DNA of 20,000 nt from Chiloscyllium plagiosum (lineage: Eukaryota). The stretch covers positions 14,792,242 to 14,812,241 of the forward strand of contig NC_057720.1 in NCBI RefSeq assembly GCF_004010195.1. Direction: 5' to 3'. The notes beneath the pieces are model-generated. The model made no database searches and was not told the origin of the DNA. It saw nothing but the letters and a program-made list of their open reading frames with translations. The position numbers were made by a program, and so were the translations under genes. Every line of letters starts with the position of its first letter. The first letter of the stretch is position 1. Below are positions 9,934 through 19,293 of this stretch, piece by piece.

Positions 9934-10003
9934 CTCTGCAGGGGCATGGGAACCCAGATTGTAGCTGCAGGGTGCAGGGCCTGGAGTGTAGGAGGTTAGG
10001 AAC

Positions 10004-10792
10004 ATGGCATCAATTCCCAAGGAGGGTGTCTGTAAACAGGAAAGTGGCTTGAAGTGTGTATACTTCAATGCAAGAAGTATACGAAATAAGGTAGGTGAAC
10101 TTGCAGCGTGGGTTGGTACCTGGGACTTCGATGTTGTGGCTATTACGGAGACATGGCTAGAACAGGGACAGGATTGGCTGGTGCAGGTTCCAGGATTTAA
10201 ATGTTTGAGTAGGGGCAGAGGGGGGGGTAAAAGAGGGGGAGGTGTGGCATTGCTTGTCAAAGATAATATTACAGTGGTGGAAAGGACGATGGATGAGGAC
10301 TTGCCATCTGAGGTAGTTTGGGCTGAGGTTAGGAATAGGAAAGGTGAGCTCACCCTGTTAGGAGTTTTTTACAGGCCTCCTAATAGTCCTAGAAACGTAG
10401 AAGAAAGGATTGCGAGGATGATGCAAGAGAAGAGAGAAAGTAATAGGGTGGTTGTTATGGGGGACTTTAACTTTCCTGATATTGATTGGGAAAGCTATAG
10501 CTCAAGTTCGTTAGATGGGACAGTGTTTGTTCAATGTGTGCAGGAGAGTTTCCTGACACAATATGTAGACAGGCCAACAAGAGGTGAGGCCATACTGGAT
10601 TTGGTTCTGGGTAACGAACCAGGCCAGGTGTTAGAATTAAAGGTAGGTGAGCACTTTGGGGATAGTGACCATAATACGGTGATTTTTACTCTCGTGATGG
10701 AGAGGGATAAGTGTGTACTACAGGGCAAGAGTTATAGCTGGGGTCAGGGAAATTATGATGCGGTGAGACATGACTTAGGATGTGTGGCTTGG
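10004..10792 (+). CDS. CR1 ORF2p N-terminus: APE-type endonuclease domain, open until the gap
   Basis: Motifs CVYFNARSI, VAITETWL, GVFYRPP, VVMGDFN, ILDLVL and SDHNTV. No stop before the N run. Confidence 0.9.
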
Positions 10793-10918
10793 NNNNNNNN
10801 NNNNNNNNNNNNNNNNNNNNNNNNNNNNNNNNNNNNNNNNNNNNNNNNNNNNNNNNNNNNNNNNNNNNNNNNNNNNNNNNNNNNNNNNNNNNNNNNNNNN
10901 NNNNNNNNNNNNNNNNNN
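10793..10918. other. Assembly gap (126 N)
   Basis: Run of N. Plus-strand CR1 on the left, minus-strand CR1 on the right. Confidence 1.
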
Positions 10919-11190
10919 TCAGTCCTTGCCTTTCCAAATACATGTACATCCTGTCCCTCAGGATTCTCTCCAACATCTTGCCCACCACCGATGTCATGCT
11001 CACCGGTCTGTTGTTCCCTGCCTTTTCCATCCCAATTTGTATAATAATGGCACCACGTAAATCAGCCTCATGTCTTCCTGCATTATTCCTTCGGCTGTTG
11101 ATGATAAGTACATGTCATCAAGATTCCCAGCACTTACTTCCCAAGCTTCCCACTGAGTTCTCGTGTACCCCTGATCAGTGCCCATGAAGT
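10919..11190 (-). mobile_element. CR1 ORF2 RT-proximal fragment
   Basis: Minus-strand translation EKAGNNRPVSMTSVVGKMLERILRDRMYMYLERQGL. Confidence 0.85.
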
Positions 11191-11212
11191 GCGTTGTGAT
11201 TACACATCATTT

Positions 11213-11428
11213 GGTTCGTGTATGGAACGAACGTCCTGAGAAGTGATGGGTGTGGGTAAAGTTACAACGTTTAAAAGACATTTGATTAAGTGCAAGTATA
11301 AGGGAAGGTTTGGGAAAATATGATCCAAGCACATGCAAGTGGGACTGGCTTAGATTGAGATTATCATCCGCATGGACTGTATGGGCCGATAGGTCTGTTT
11401 ACAAACACTCAGTGTAACTCTCTGACTC
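11213..11428 (+). mobile_element. CR1 3' end fragment
   Basis: ggttcgtgtatggaacga...acaacgtttaaaagacatttg...gggccgataggtctgttt...actctctgactc. Similar to 12890-13117. Confidence 0.75.
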
Positions 11429-11431
11429 CAA

Positions 11432-11626
11432 GTGTGTTTGTATGTCCAAGCATGTATCTGCGCATTTCTGTCCGCACTTGTCTATTTGTGTGCGTTTATA
11501 TGTATATCTGTGTGCCCCTCTGTGTGTATCTATCTCTCTGCACATGTTATGTGTCTATTTCTCTGAGTGTGTGTGTGTCTGTGTGCCTGTGACTGTCTGT
11601 GTGTTTGTGTGTGTGTGTGTGTGTTT
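11432..11626. repeat. Degenerate (TG)n microsatellite / low-complexity tract
   Basis: Repeated tgtg, tatc and tgtc units. A (CA)n-like tract also lies at about 11890-11920. Confidence 0.85.
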
Positions 11627-11749
11627 GTTGATGATGCTGTGAGCTGCTGCCCTCCCTCTGTCCCTCGTAAACTGAATCTCTGATGATTTTTACCCTCCAC
11701 TCCAAGCTGTACAGTGCTGGGGGGAGACGAGCAGAGACTGACAGCAAAA

Positions 11750-11830
11750 TAAAGCTCAGCAGGTCTGGCAGCATCTGTGGACAGAAATGAAAGTTAACGT
11801 TTTAGGTCGAGTGACCCTTCCTCAGAACTC
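11750..11830 (-). mobile_element. Penelope-like pLTR fragment with a minimal hammerhead motif (11791-11830)
   Basis: Minus strand reads GAGTT-CTGAGGA-A-GGGTC actc GACCT-AAAA-CG-TT-AACTT. Homologous to 2468-2567. Confidence 0.72.
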
Positions 11831-12139
11831 GTGTCAGGTGGATATTACATCACTGTAAGCACCATAGTGACTGCCAGACTCGTCCCACGCAGACACACAC
11901 AGATATACACACACACACTGATACAGAGATTTAGAGAAACTCATTAATACGCAGAAACTAATACAGACATGGAATGTCTGTCGGTATTTCTCTTGCTCCA
12001 GGGTGACCTTGTCAGCATTTCACTTGCTTTGTCTGGTGGGTGTCAGTATTTAAGTCTGTCCTCAGGGAGTGTGTGAATAGTGCACTTCCTCACAATAGTG
12101 AGTGAATCGGTATTTCTGTGTGGTGTGTGACTGTAGGAC

Positions 12140-12325
12140 AATTTCAAAATATGCAGATACTAAACCTGGAAGAATTATAATGTTTGTGATGGACAGTGTG
12201 GAACTCCAACAGGACAGTGACACATTGGTGTAGTTTTCAGGTTTATGGCAGATGAGGATTAATGCAGAGCAGTGTGAGGTGATGCACTTCGGTAGGAAGG
12301 ACATTGAAATACAGTATAAAACAGG
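12140..12325 (+). mobile_element. Decayed CR1 RT fragment
   Basis: tcaaaatatgcagatactaaacctgga (decayed SKFADDTKLG) and tggcagatgaggattaatgcagagcagtgtgaggtgatgcacttcggtagg (WQMRINAEQCEVMHFGR). Confidence 0.7.
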
Positions 12326-12335
12326 CTGTAAGGTT

Positions 12336-12489
12336 AGCAGTGGTGGACTCTCCCTCTTTATGGGCATTTAAGCGGGCATTGGATAGGTATATGGAGGATA
12401 GTGGGTTAGTATAGGTTAGGTGGGCTTGGATCGGCGCAACATCGAGGGCCAAAGGGCCTGTACTGCGCTGTATTCTTCTATGTTCTATG
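12336..12489 (+). mobile_element. CR1 3' end (5'-truncated)
   Basis: gcatttaagcgggcattggataggtatatgga...acatcgagggccaaagggcctgtactgcgctgtattcttctatgttctatg, with a (TTCTATG)n tail. Confidence 0.85.
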
Positions 12490-12674
12490 AAACACATTGA
12501 TTAATGCCTCTTGGGCTGCCATGCTGAATACAACTTTATTCTAAATCATACAGAATTGGGCCAAAATTCAGGAGTCTACATCCATTCAGCACAGAATCGT
12601 TTACTATTGCCTTTTTAACAGGATAAACAGTACTCAGCATGTAATAAACTCTTCCCTGTGACTATCTGTCCCCA

Positions 12675-13117
12675 AGTATGGTGAGGTTGAATAGGCTAGG
12701 GCTGTTTTCCTGGAGCATTGGAGGCTGAGGGGTGACCCTATAGAGGTTTATAAAATCATGAGGGACATGGATAGGAGAAATAGACAAAGTTTTTTCCCTG
12801 GCGTGGGAGAGTCCAGAACTAGAGGACAGAGATTTAGGGTGAGAGGGGAAAGATATAAAAGAGACCTAAGGGGCAACGCTTTCATGCAGAGGGTGGTACG
12901 TGTATGGAATGAGCTGCCAAAGGAAGTGGTGAAGGCTATTGCAACTGCAACATTTAAAAGGCATCTGGATGGGTATATGAATAGGAAGGTTTTGGAGGGA
13001 TTTGGGCCAGGTGCTGGCAGGTGGGACTAGATTGGGTTGGGATATCTGGTCGGCATGGATGAGTTGGACTGAAGGGTCTGTTTCCATGCTGTACATCTCT
13101 ATGACTCTATGACTCTA
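12675..13117 (+). mobile_element. CR1 3' end (5'-truncated)
   Basis: ORF 12758-13030 (SRTRGQRFRVRG...QRVVRVWNELP...FKRHLDGYM) and an (ATGACTCT)n tail. Confidence 0.92.
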
Positions 13118-13854
13118 AATGACAGCACATAAACAGAGTGTAACAGGAAAAACTGAATAGTCATAATCCAAATTAAAACATCAAGTATAAGTTCGCTAGT
13201 TTGCACAGTGGGCTGTCTTGTCTTTTACTAAATTGATGATTTTGAATTGAATATATCCTAAACTGATGGAATAAAATGATTCCTGTATTTATTTATTTTG
13301 CAATTAGTTAGATCTTTAATCCAGTTTATAGCAAACACAGGCAAACAGGCCCAAGCAACCAATCTCCTCCTAGGGAATACAGAAAGGTTGGATTTGAAAG
13401 ATACGTTTTTAAAAAACCGGAATTGGGGGGATGTCAGTCTGAGATTTTAAGAAGCATTGTTGGGTTAAAGGGAAAATTCCTTCAACTTGCCCTTTTAGCC
13501 ACAGTATTCATGCAGCTGGTCCAGCTAATCTGCCTTTGGGACGTTGATATTGGAGAATTCAGCTACATTAATGCTGCTGGTCATCAAGGGGTAGTCATTA
13601 GGTTCGCTTTGATTTCCTGGCAATTAGTTGGCACAAACAGAACAAATTCCAAAAAGGAAATCCTCCACCAGCTTTGCATAATCACCATGAATGCAAACAG
13701 CACCCAAATTCGACGAGATTGGTCCAACGTCAATACGAGTATTCTGTCTAGTTTCATGAACCACACTTTCAGAAGGATGAGATAGCATGAGAGAGGGTTT
13801 AGAAAAACTCACACTCAAGAATGGCATTTCCAGGGCTGAGGGAGTGGAAGACAT

Positions 13855-13999
13855 GGGTGTGGAAGTAGACCATTCAGCCCATCAAATCTGCTTCACCATT
13901 CAATGAGATCATGGCTGGTCTGATAATCCTCAACTGAACTTTCTTGCTCTCTCCTCCCAACCCTTGATTCTCTTACTGATTAAAAATCTGGCTACCTCA
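13855..13999 (-). mobile_element. CR1-type 3' end fragment
   Basis: ggaagtagaccattcagcccatcaaatctgcttcaccattcaatgagatcatggctg is the reverse of a CR1 3' tail. Confidence 0.7.
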
Positions 14000-14004
14000 A
14001 GCTC

Positions 14005-14400
14005 AGTTATCTGGATAGACTGGAGAAGCTGACTTTGTTCTCCTCAAAGGAGAGAAGTTGAGAGGTGATTTGAATGAGGCGTTCAAAATCCTGAGGACTC
14101 TAGACAGAGCAATCAGGAAAAAAACCTGAAGAGTTGAGAACCAGAATACACTGATTTAAAGTGAATGGCAAAATGGGCATGAATAGAAACTTTTTTTTTA
14201 CACTGAGTGTTGAGAATCTGGAATGTGCTACCTAAGAATGTGGTGGAGGAAAGTCAACTGGGATTTCAAAAGGGAATTGGAAAGCACCTGAAGAGAAAAC
14301 ACTTGCAGGATTCAGGATCAAGTGGAGGTTGGGGCTAGCCAAGAGTTAGTAGAGGCCCAACAGGCCAAATGGCCTCCCTCTACATCCATTCTATGGTTTG
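14005..14400 (+). mobile_element. Decayed CR1 3' end
   Basis: gagaagttgagaggtgatttgaatgaggcgttcaaaatcctga, then atctggaatgtgctacct, ending ggccaaatggcctccctcta...ttctatggtt. Confidence 0.75.
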
Positions 14401-14439
14401 ATGCGATAAACATTTTTGTAAAATTGCTTTTTAAAGGCT

Positions 14440-14458
14440 GCAGCGCCACCTTTGGAGA
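14440..14458 (-). promoter_or_regulatory. Possible CTCF-binding motif
   Basis: Minus strand TCTCCAAAGGTGGCGCTGC matches the CTCF core AGGTGGCGC; the 5' part is imperfect. GC-rich spot in AT-rich unique sequence. Motif match only. Confidence 0.35.
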
Positions 14459-14669
14459 AAGGTATAATACAAGCCTTTTTTTTAAACTGAAGAGGTAACA
14501 GTATCTCACTTAGAACAAGAATGAATGGGATTGATCATTATAGTTACCCATTGATTTCAATGAACACAGTTTGTGACAACAGAAATCATAAAATGCTATA
14601 TCTACTGCCAATTCTTAATGGAAAGCAGCAAGTTTTATCTTAATTAGTTCTGTTGGATTAAATACTCAC

Positions 14670-14756
14670 TGGCTTTAGTGAGATGAAGACTGGGATTCCT
14701 CCAGCCATTTTAACCATTGGCTCATAACAGTCGAAGAATGGCTCAATGATAATCAC
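14670..14756 (-). CDS. KYAT3: KYAT3 coding exon (87 bp)
   Basis: Flanked by ttttcaattttag| and |gtgagt. Translates [29 protein letters not shown], the KAT-family PF(F/Y)DCYEPM motif. Phase 0/0. Confidence 0.93.
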
Positions 14757-15338
14757 CTAAAATTGAAAAGAAACATTAAAATTGAGTTCACTATCTAGAA
14801 AAAAAAACTTGTGTGGATAAACATATTTCATAACCTAAACACAATCCAATACACTGCCCAGCCAAAGAATCATTACTGTTGCAACAGAGTTGTAACACAG
14901 GAGCCAATTTGAATTTGGCTGGGTTCCAAGAAACCAATCAGGTAAAGGAAAAGATAATATGTTGTTGGGGGAAGACATTGAAAAGTATTCACTGCTGTTT
15001 TCAATTTATACAAAGGGATCTTTAACATTTAACAGTACAATTCTCAGTTTAGTCCTTCATCCAAAAGCCAGCTGCAAATACCCTCGAAAACCCATGATTT
15101 GGGGAAAGAGATAACAAATTTACCCCAAACTAGAGACACCAGAATCCAGCCTACTTCATTTCCAGGTGGGTGGGTGAGATTAGTACAGAGCACAGAACAA
15201 AACTGGGAGTGTCCTGGTCATGAGTCTTGGTCACTCACTGGACCAACCCATGGATCATGAGGGTCTTGCAGCACTCTCACTGTCTGTATGTGTTAATTAT
15301 CACATAATCACACACAAACAAAAAACGGCAAGTTTTAC

Positions 15339-15488
15339 CTCATCTCCCTCGTCAACCAGTCCTTGTATAGAGTTAGAAAGAGAACCGTAGCCTCCAACTG
15401 TTACCAGAATCTCTTTATTTGGATCAATGGAACGTCCACATATATGTCCATATAATTCAGCAAGTGCCTTCACTAATGGAGGGTGACC
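15339..15488 (-). CDS. KYAT3: Kynurenine aminotransferase 3 coding exon (150 bp; first in window)
   Basis: Flanked by ttctttaacgcaag| and |gtaaaa. Translates [50 protein letters not shown], matching the recalled KYAT3 segment GHPSLVKAL...[26 protein letters not shown]. Phase 0/0. Confidence 0.93.
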
Positions 15489-15963
15489 CTTGCGTTAAAG
15501 AACAAAATACAGTAACAAGTATGAACAGTGCATTACTCTGTAAATTCTGTCAGGTAGCTTTAGTTTTGAATGGTTATTGTTGACAAGTTGGCCTTTAGAT
15601 TTTCACCATGTACTTCCTGGAACTGGATCCACCAAACTAACTGCAGTTGTACGCAATTATTTTACTTGACTAAAGCTTAGTAGCAAAAACTTTTTGTCTT
15701 TCAAAACCAAAAACACAGTTGCATCAGAGAACAAACTGATTTAAAGACATGGCTATTCATTTTAGTTTTCACTTTAAAAAAAGAGAATAAACCAATGATT
15801 TTAATTACGCAATTTCTTCGGTATTGTGATTAGGTATTGTGTGAAGGAGATACATAATCACAATGGTCTTAAAATTTGATGTCCAATTTCAGTCATACAG
15901 CTGTAACAGGACAGGAATTGTGTAATTTGGCAAATCATTGTGAGGCTAAGCCCACCTGAGCTC

Positions 15964-16285
15964 ATAGAATTGCTATAGTGTGGAAACGGGCCCTTCAGCC
16001 CACTAAGTCCACACCCACCCTCAGTAGAGTACCCCACCCAAACCCACTCCCAATTACTCTGCATTTATCCTTGACTAATGCACCTAACCTACACATCCCT
16101 GAACACTATGGACAATTCACCCTAACCTGCATATCTTTGGATTGTGAGAGGAAACCAGTGCAAACCCACACAGACATGGGGAGAATGTGCAAGCTCCACA
16201 CAGACAGTCACCTGATGCTGGAATCGAACCCGGGTCCCTAGCACTGTGAGGTAGCAGTGCTAACCACTGAGCCACCGTTCCGCCC
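15964..16285 (-). mobile_element. Near full-length HE1/V-SINE-type SINE
   Basis: Minus-strand head gggcggaacggtggctcagtggttagcactgc...gggttcgattcc, central domain and CR1-like tail. Candidate TSD tgagctc (15957-15963) / taagctc (16286-16292). Confidence 0.9.
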
Positions 16286-16544
16286 TAAGCTCCTTCAGTC
16301 AGGACAGAGGCAGTTTGCTACTGGGAAGGAAGGAAACTAACAAAAAGCCAATTAAGCACTGACCCCAAACCACTAAAAATAATGTGGCATTGTTGAGATT
16401 GCAATGGGCCAATTAAAATTTGACAGTTTTTAATTTTTTAGGAGTGTTCTAAATTGTCAACTCAAATTGTGTGATTCACACGTCTGCTTTCCACCAAAAT
16501 GGATGCCTGCATCCTTCTAATGCCCAACATAGAAGACAATGAAG

Positions 16545-16900
16545 GGACAGCAGTGGTAAAATGGTAATGGCACTATTACCATTTCTGAATCTATGAGCCT
16601 GGGTGAATATTCTGGGAAGATGGGTTCAAATTCATTACAACAATAAAATTCACCAATAAGTTAAAAAAAATCTGGAATTAAAAACTAGCCTAATGGTGAC
16701 CATGTCATTATCATTCAAAAACCCAGTTGGGTCATAAATGCCCTTTAGGAAAGGAAATGACATCCTTATCTGACCTTGATTACATGTGACTCCCAGATCC
16801 ACTGCAATGTGGTTGACTCGTAACTGTCTTCTGAGCAATTAGGCATGAACAAAACACGCTCGCCTAGCCAGTGATGTCCATGATCTGTGATTGAATAAGG
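16545..16900 (+). mobile_element. Older tRNA-derived SINE with a LINE-derived 3' tail (elasmobranch type)
   Basis: Head cagtggtaaaatggtaatg...gggttcaaatt. Body aatctggaattaaaaactagcctaatggtgaccatg...ccctttaggaaaggaaat. Tail gcaatgtggttgactcgtaactg...gcctagccagtgatgtcca...tgaataa. Confidence 0.7.
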
Positions 16901-17696
16901 GGAAAACAAAGAGAGGACAGAGTACCTCAGAGAAGCCATCTCTCTGGCCCCATCTTGTTTTTTTAATGCCAGGCCTCCAAGTTGACTACAGGGGTAAATA
17001 GTTGGGGAGTGCGGTGTGGTTCCAGATGCATGGAAAATTACAGAAAAAGTTAAACTGGGGATTGGGCTATTAATATTTCCAGAAGACGAAATAGGACAGA
17101 GAGTGTGGAAAGGGTCAGGAATCTTATTTCAGGCAGAGCAGATATGGGGACAACTATGAGAAGAGAGGTGGTCAACACAAGTCTGAGGGTGTTGTGTTTA
17201 AATGTACACAGTATATGAAACAAGGTAAATGAGCTTGTGCAGATTGAAATTGTCAGGTACGACATGGGTATCACACAAAGTTATGGTTTCCATGGGATCA
17301 GGGCAGGGAACTAAATACCCAAAGATACATCCTATCAAAAGATGGGCAGAGGGTGGGGTTACCTTATCAGTAAAAAATTAAATTATATTGATAGCCAGAA
17401 ATGATACAAAGTCAGAAAGCGCAGAATCTGGTCGAACTGAAGAACCACAAAGTAAAACCACCCTGATGGGAGTTATGAACACAAGTCTCTGAGCAGTAGT
17501 CAGTACGTGAGGCAGAAAAATCAATCAGGAGACAGAAAAGGCATGGAAGAAATGCATGATTACAATAATCATGGAGGACTTTAAAATGCAGTGGACTGGG
17601 AAAATCAGGTTGGTAGCTGTTACCAAGAATAAGAACTTGTGGAAGTCTCTGATATGGTTTTTTGGAACAGCTTGTGGTAGACCCCACTAGGGAATA

Positions 17697-17897
17697 GACT
17701 CAAAAAGTGTGGTGCTGGAAAAGCACAGCTGGTCAGGCAGGTTCCGAGGAGCAGGAGAGTTGACATTTCGAGCAAAAGCTCTTCATCAGGATTGGAACAT
17801 TGACTCTCCTGCTCCTCAGATGCTGTCTGACTTGCTGTGCTTTTCCAGCACCCCATTTTTTGACTCTGACCTCCAGCATCTGCAGTCTTCACTTTCT
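17697..17897. mobile_element. Penelope-like inverted-pLTR (fold-back) insertion with TSD
   Basis: About 70-bp imperfect inverted arms (17697-17768 vs 17796-17866). Flanked by cccactagggaata (17683-17696) and cccactcaggaata (17898-17911). Confidence 0.8.
17757..17794 (-). ncRNA. Minimal type-I hammerhead ribozyme-like motif (Penelope type)
   Basis: Minus strand reads CAATC-CTGATGA-A-GAGC tttt GCTC-GAAA-TG-TC-AACTC. The CUGAUGA/GAAA/UC core is intact and helix II is perfect; helices I and III are weakened. Activity not shown. Confidence 0.6.
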
Positions 17898-17969
17898 CCC
17901 ACTCAGGAATATGCAGTTCTGGATTTGGTGATGTGTAATGGGGCAGACTTGATTAAGGAGCTAAGGTGA

Positions 17970-18008
17970 AGGAGAAAGTAAAGATTGCAGATGCTGGAGA
18001 GTCCATTT
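17970..18008. mobile_element. Tiny Penelope-like terminal fragment with 12-bp TSD
   Basis: ggagaaagtaaagattgcagatgctggaga is the approximate reverse complement of 17871-17899. Flanked by taaggtgaagga at 17962-17973 and 18009-18020. Confidence 0.7.
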
Positions 18009-18393
18009 TAAGGTGAAGGAACTACTAGGGGGCAGTGACCACATGATAGAATTCACCCTGCAATTTGAGAGGGAGAAGCAGGAATCAGATGTAACAGTAG
18101 TAGAATTGGATAATGTTAACTACAAAGACATGAGAAAGGAGCTGGCCCAGAAGGGGAGCCTAGCAGGGCAGATGGTGGAGCAGCAGTGGTAGTAGTTTCT
18201 GGGGGTAACTGAGGAGGCACAGCAGACATTTATCCCAAGAAAGAAGAACATACTAAGCGAAGGACAAGGAAACCATGACTGACAAGGGAAGTCAGGGACA
18301 GCATTAACAGCAAAAGAAAAAGCATCCAATATGGTGAAAATTAATCGGAAGCCAGAGGATTGGGAAGCCTTTAAAAAGCAGCAGAGGACAACT

Positions 18394-18836
18394 TGAAAGA
18401 TTTCAGCAAAGATTTACAAGGATGTTGCCAGGGTTGGAGGATTTGAGCTATAGGGAGAGGCTGAATAGGCTGGGGCTGTTTTCCCTGGAAGAGTGGAGGT
18501 TGAGGGGCATGGATAGGATAAATAGATAAGGCTTTTCCCTGGGTTGGGGGGAGCCCAGAACGAGAGGGCATAGGTTTAGGGTGAGTGGGGAAAGATATAA
18601 AAGAGACCTAAGGGGCAACTTTTTCATGCAAAGGGTGGTGCGTGTATGGAATGAGCTGCCAGAGGAAGTGGTGGAGGCTGGTACAATTACAACATTTAAA
18701 AGGCAAGTGATTGGGTACATTTAGAGGAATACAGGCCAAGTGCTAGCAAATGGGGTTAGACTGGGTTGAGATATCTGATTGGCATGGACGAGCTGGACCG
18801 ACGGTATGTTTCCATACTGTACATCTCTATGACTCT
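18394..18836 (+). mobile_element. Younger CR1 3' end nested in the old CR1 (same family as 12675-13117)
   Basis: Highly similar to 12680-13117, ending ctgtacatctctatgactct. Candidate TSD acaact (18388-18393) / acagct (18837-18842). The host sequence resumes afterwards. Confidence 0.88.
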
Positions 18837-19293
18837 ACAGCTAAGAAAACAATAAGGGGGAGTAGATGAGGGTAAATTGGCTAGTCATAAACGAAGATTG
18901 CAAGAGTTTTTATCAACATATAAGATCAGAGAGAGGCAAGAGTGGACATCGGACCGCTTTAAATGAGGCTGGACAAGTAGCAATAGGGAAAAAAGAAATG
19001 GTAGAGGAACCTAATAGATATTTTACTTTAGTCTTCACATTGGAAGACACCAGAAGCGTACCAGAATTTCAAGAGAATGAGGGGGCAGGGCTGAATGTAG
19101 TGGCCATCACTAAGGAGAAGGTATTGGGGAAGGTGAAAAGTCTGTGGTGGATAAATCACCTAGACCAGATGGACTACACCTCACAGTTCTGAAGGAGATA
19201 GCTGAGGGAATTGTGAGGGCATTGGTGGTGATCTTTTGGGAATCTCTGGGTCAGGGAGGATCCTAGCAGATAAGAAAATGGGTCAAGGAGGTT

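Larger units (their letters stand above)
9130..10792 (+). mobile_element. Young CR1 LINE 5' portion (repeated 5' UTR, internally deleted ORF1, ORF2 endonuclease), running into the assembly gap; antisense to KYAT3
   Basis: CpG-rich 5' region with an identical duplication, followed by an SGNH-esterase ORF1 C-half and an uninterrupted APE domain. The 5' boundary is uncertain (about 9125-9149). Confidence 0.9.
16990..19290 (+). mobile_element. Old CR1 (decayed ORF2 endonuclease to pre-RT region) carrying nested insertions
   Basis: Decayed APE motifs: tgtttaaatgtacacagtata, atcatggaggactttaa, gttctggatttggtgatgtgtaatg (VLDLVMCN) and ggcagtgaccac (GSDH). Downstream KSFYQHIRS...NRYFTLVFTLED. The 5' boundary is approximate. 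Confidence 0.85.

Noticed and set aside
10004..11044. 346-aa ORF as a single protein (and other ORFs spanning the Ns)
   Set aside because: It reads through the assembly gap; sequence after 10918 is an opposite-strand CR1 fragment.
10919..11428. Twin-priming 5' inversion (diverging minus and plus CR1 fragments)
   Set aside because: The left end is hidden by the gap, no TSD is testable, and the two fragments are far apart in element coordinates. Independent insertions are equally likely.
13423..13854. Overlapping 120-, 60- and 76-aa ORFs as a nested gene or retrogene
   Set aside because: No recognisable domain. No similarity to KYAT3 or to an RRM protein such as the RBMXL1 retrogene in mammalian KYAT3. 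Lengths are within chance expectation.
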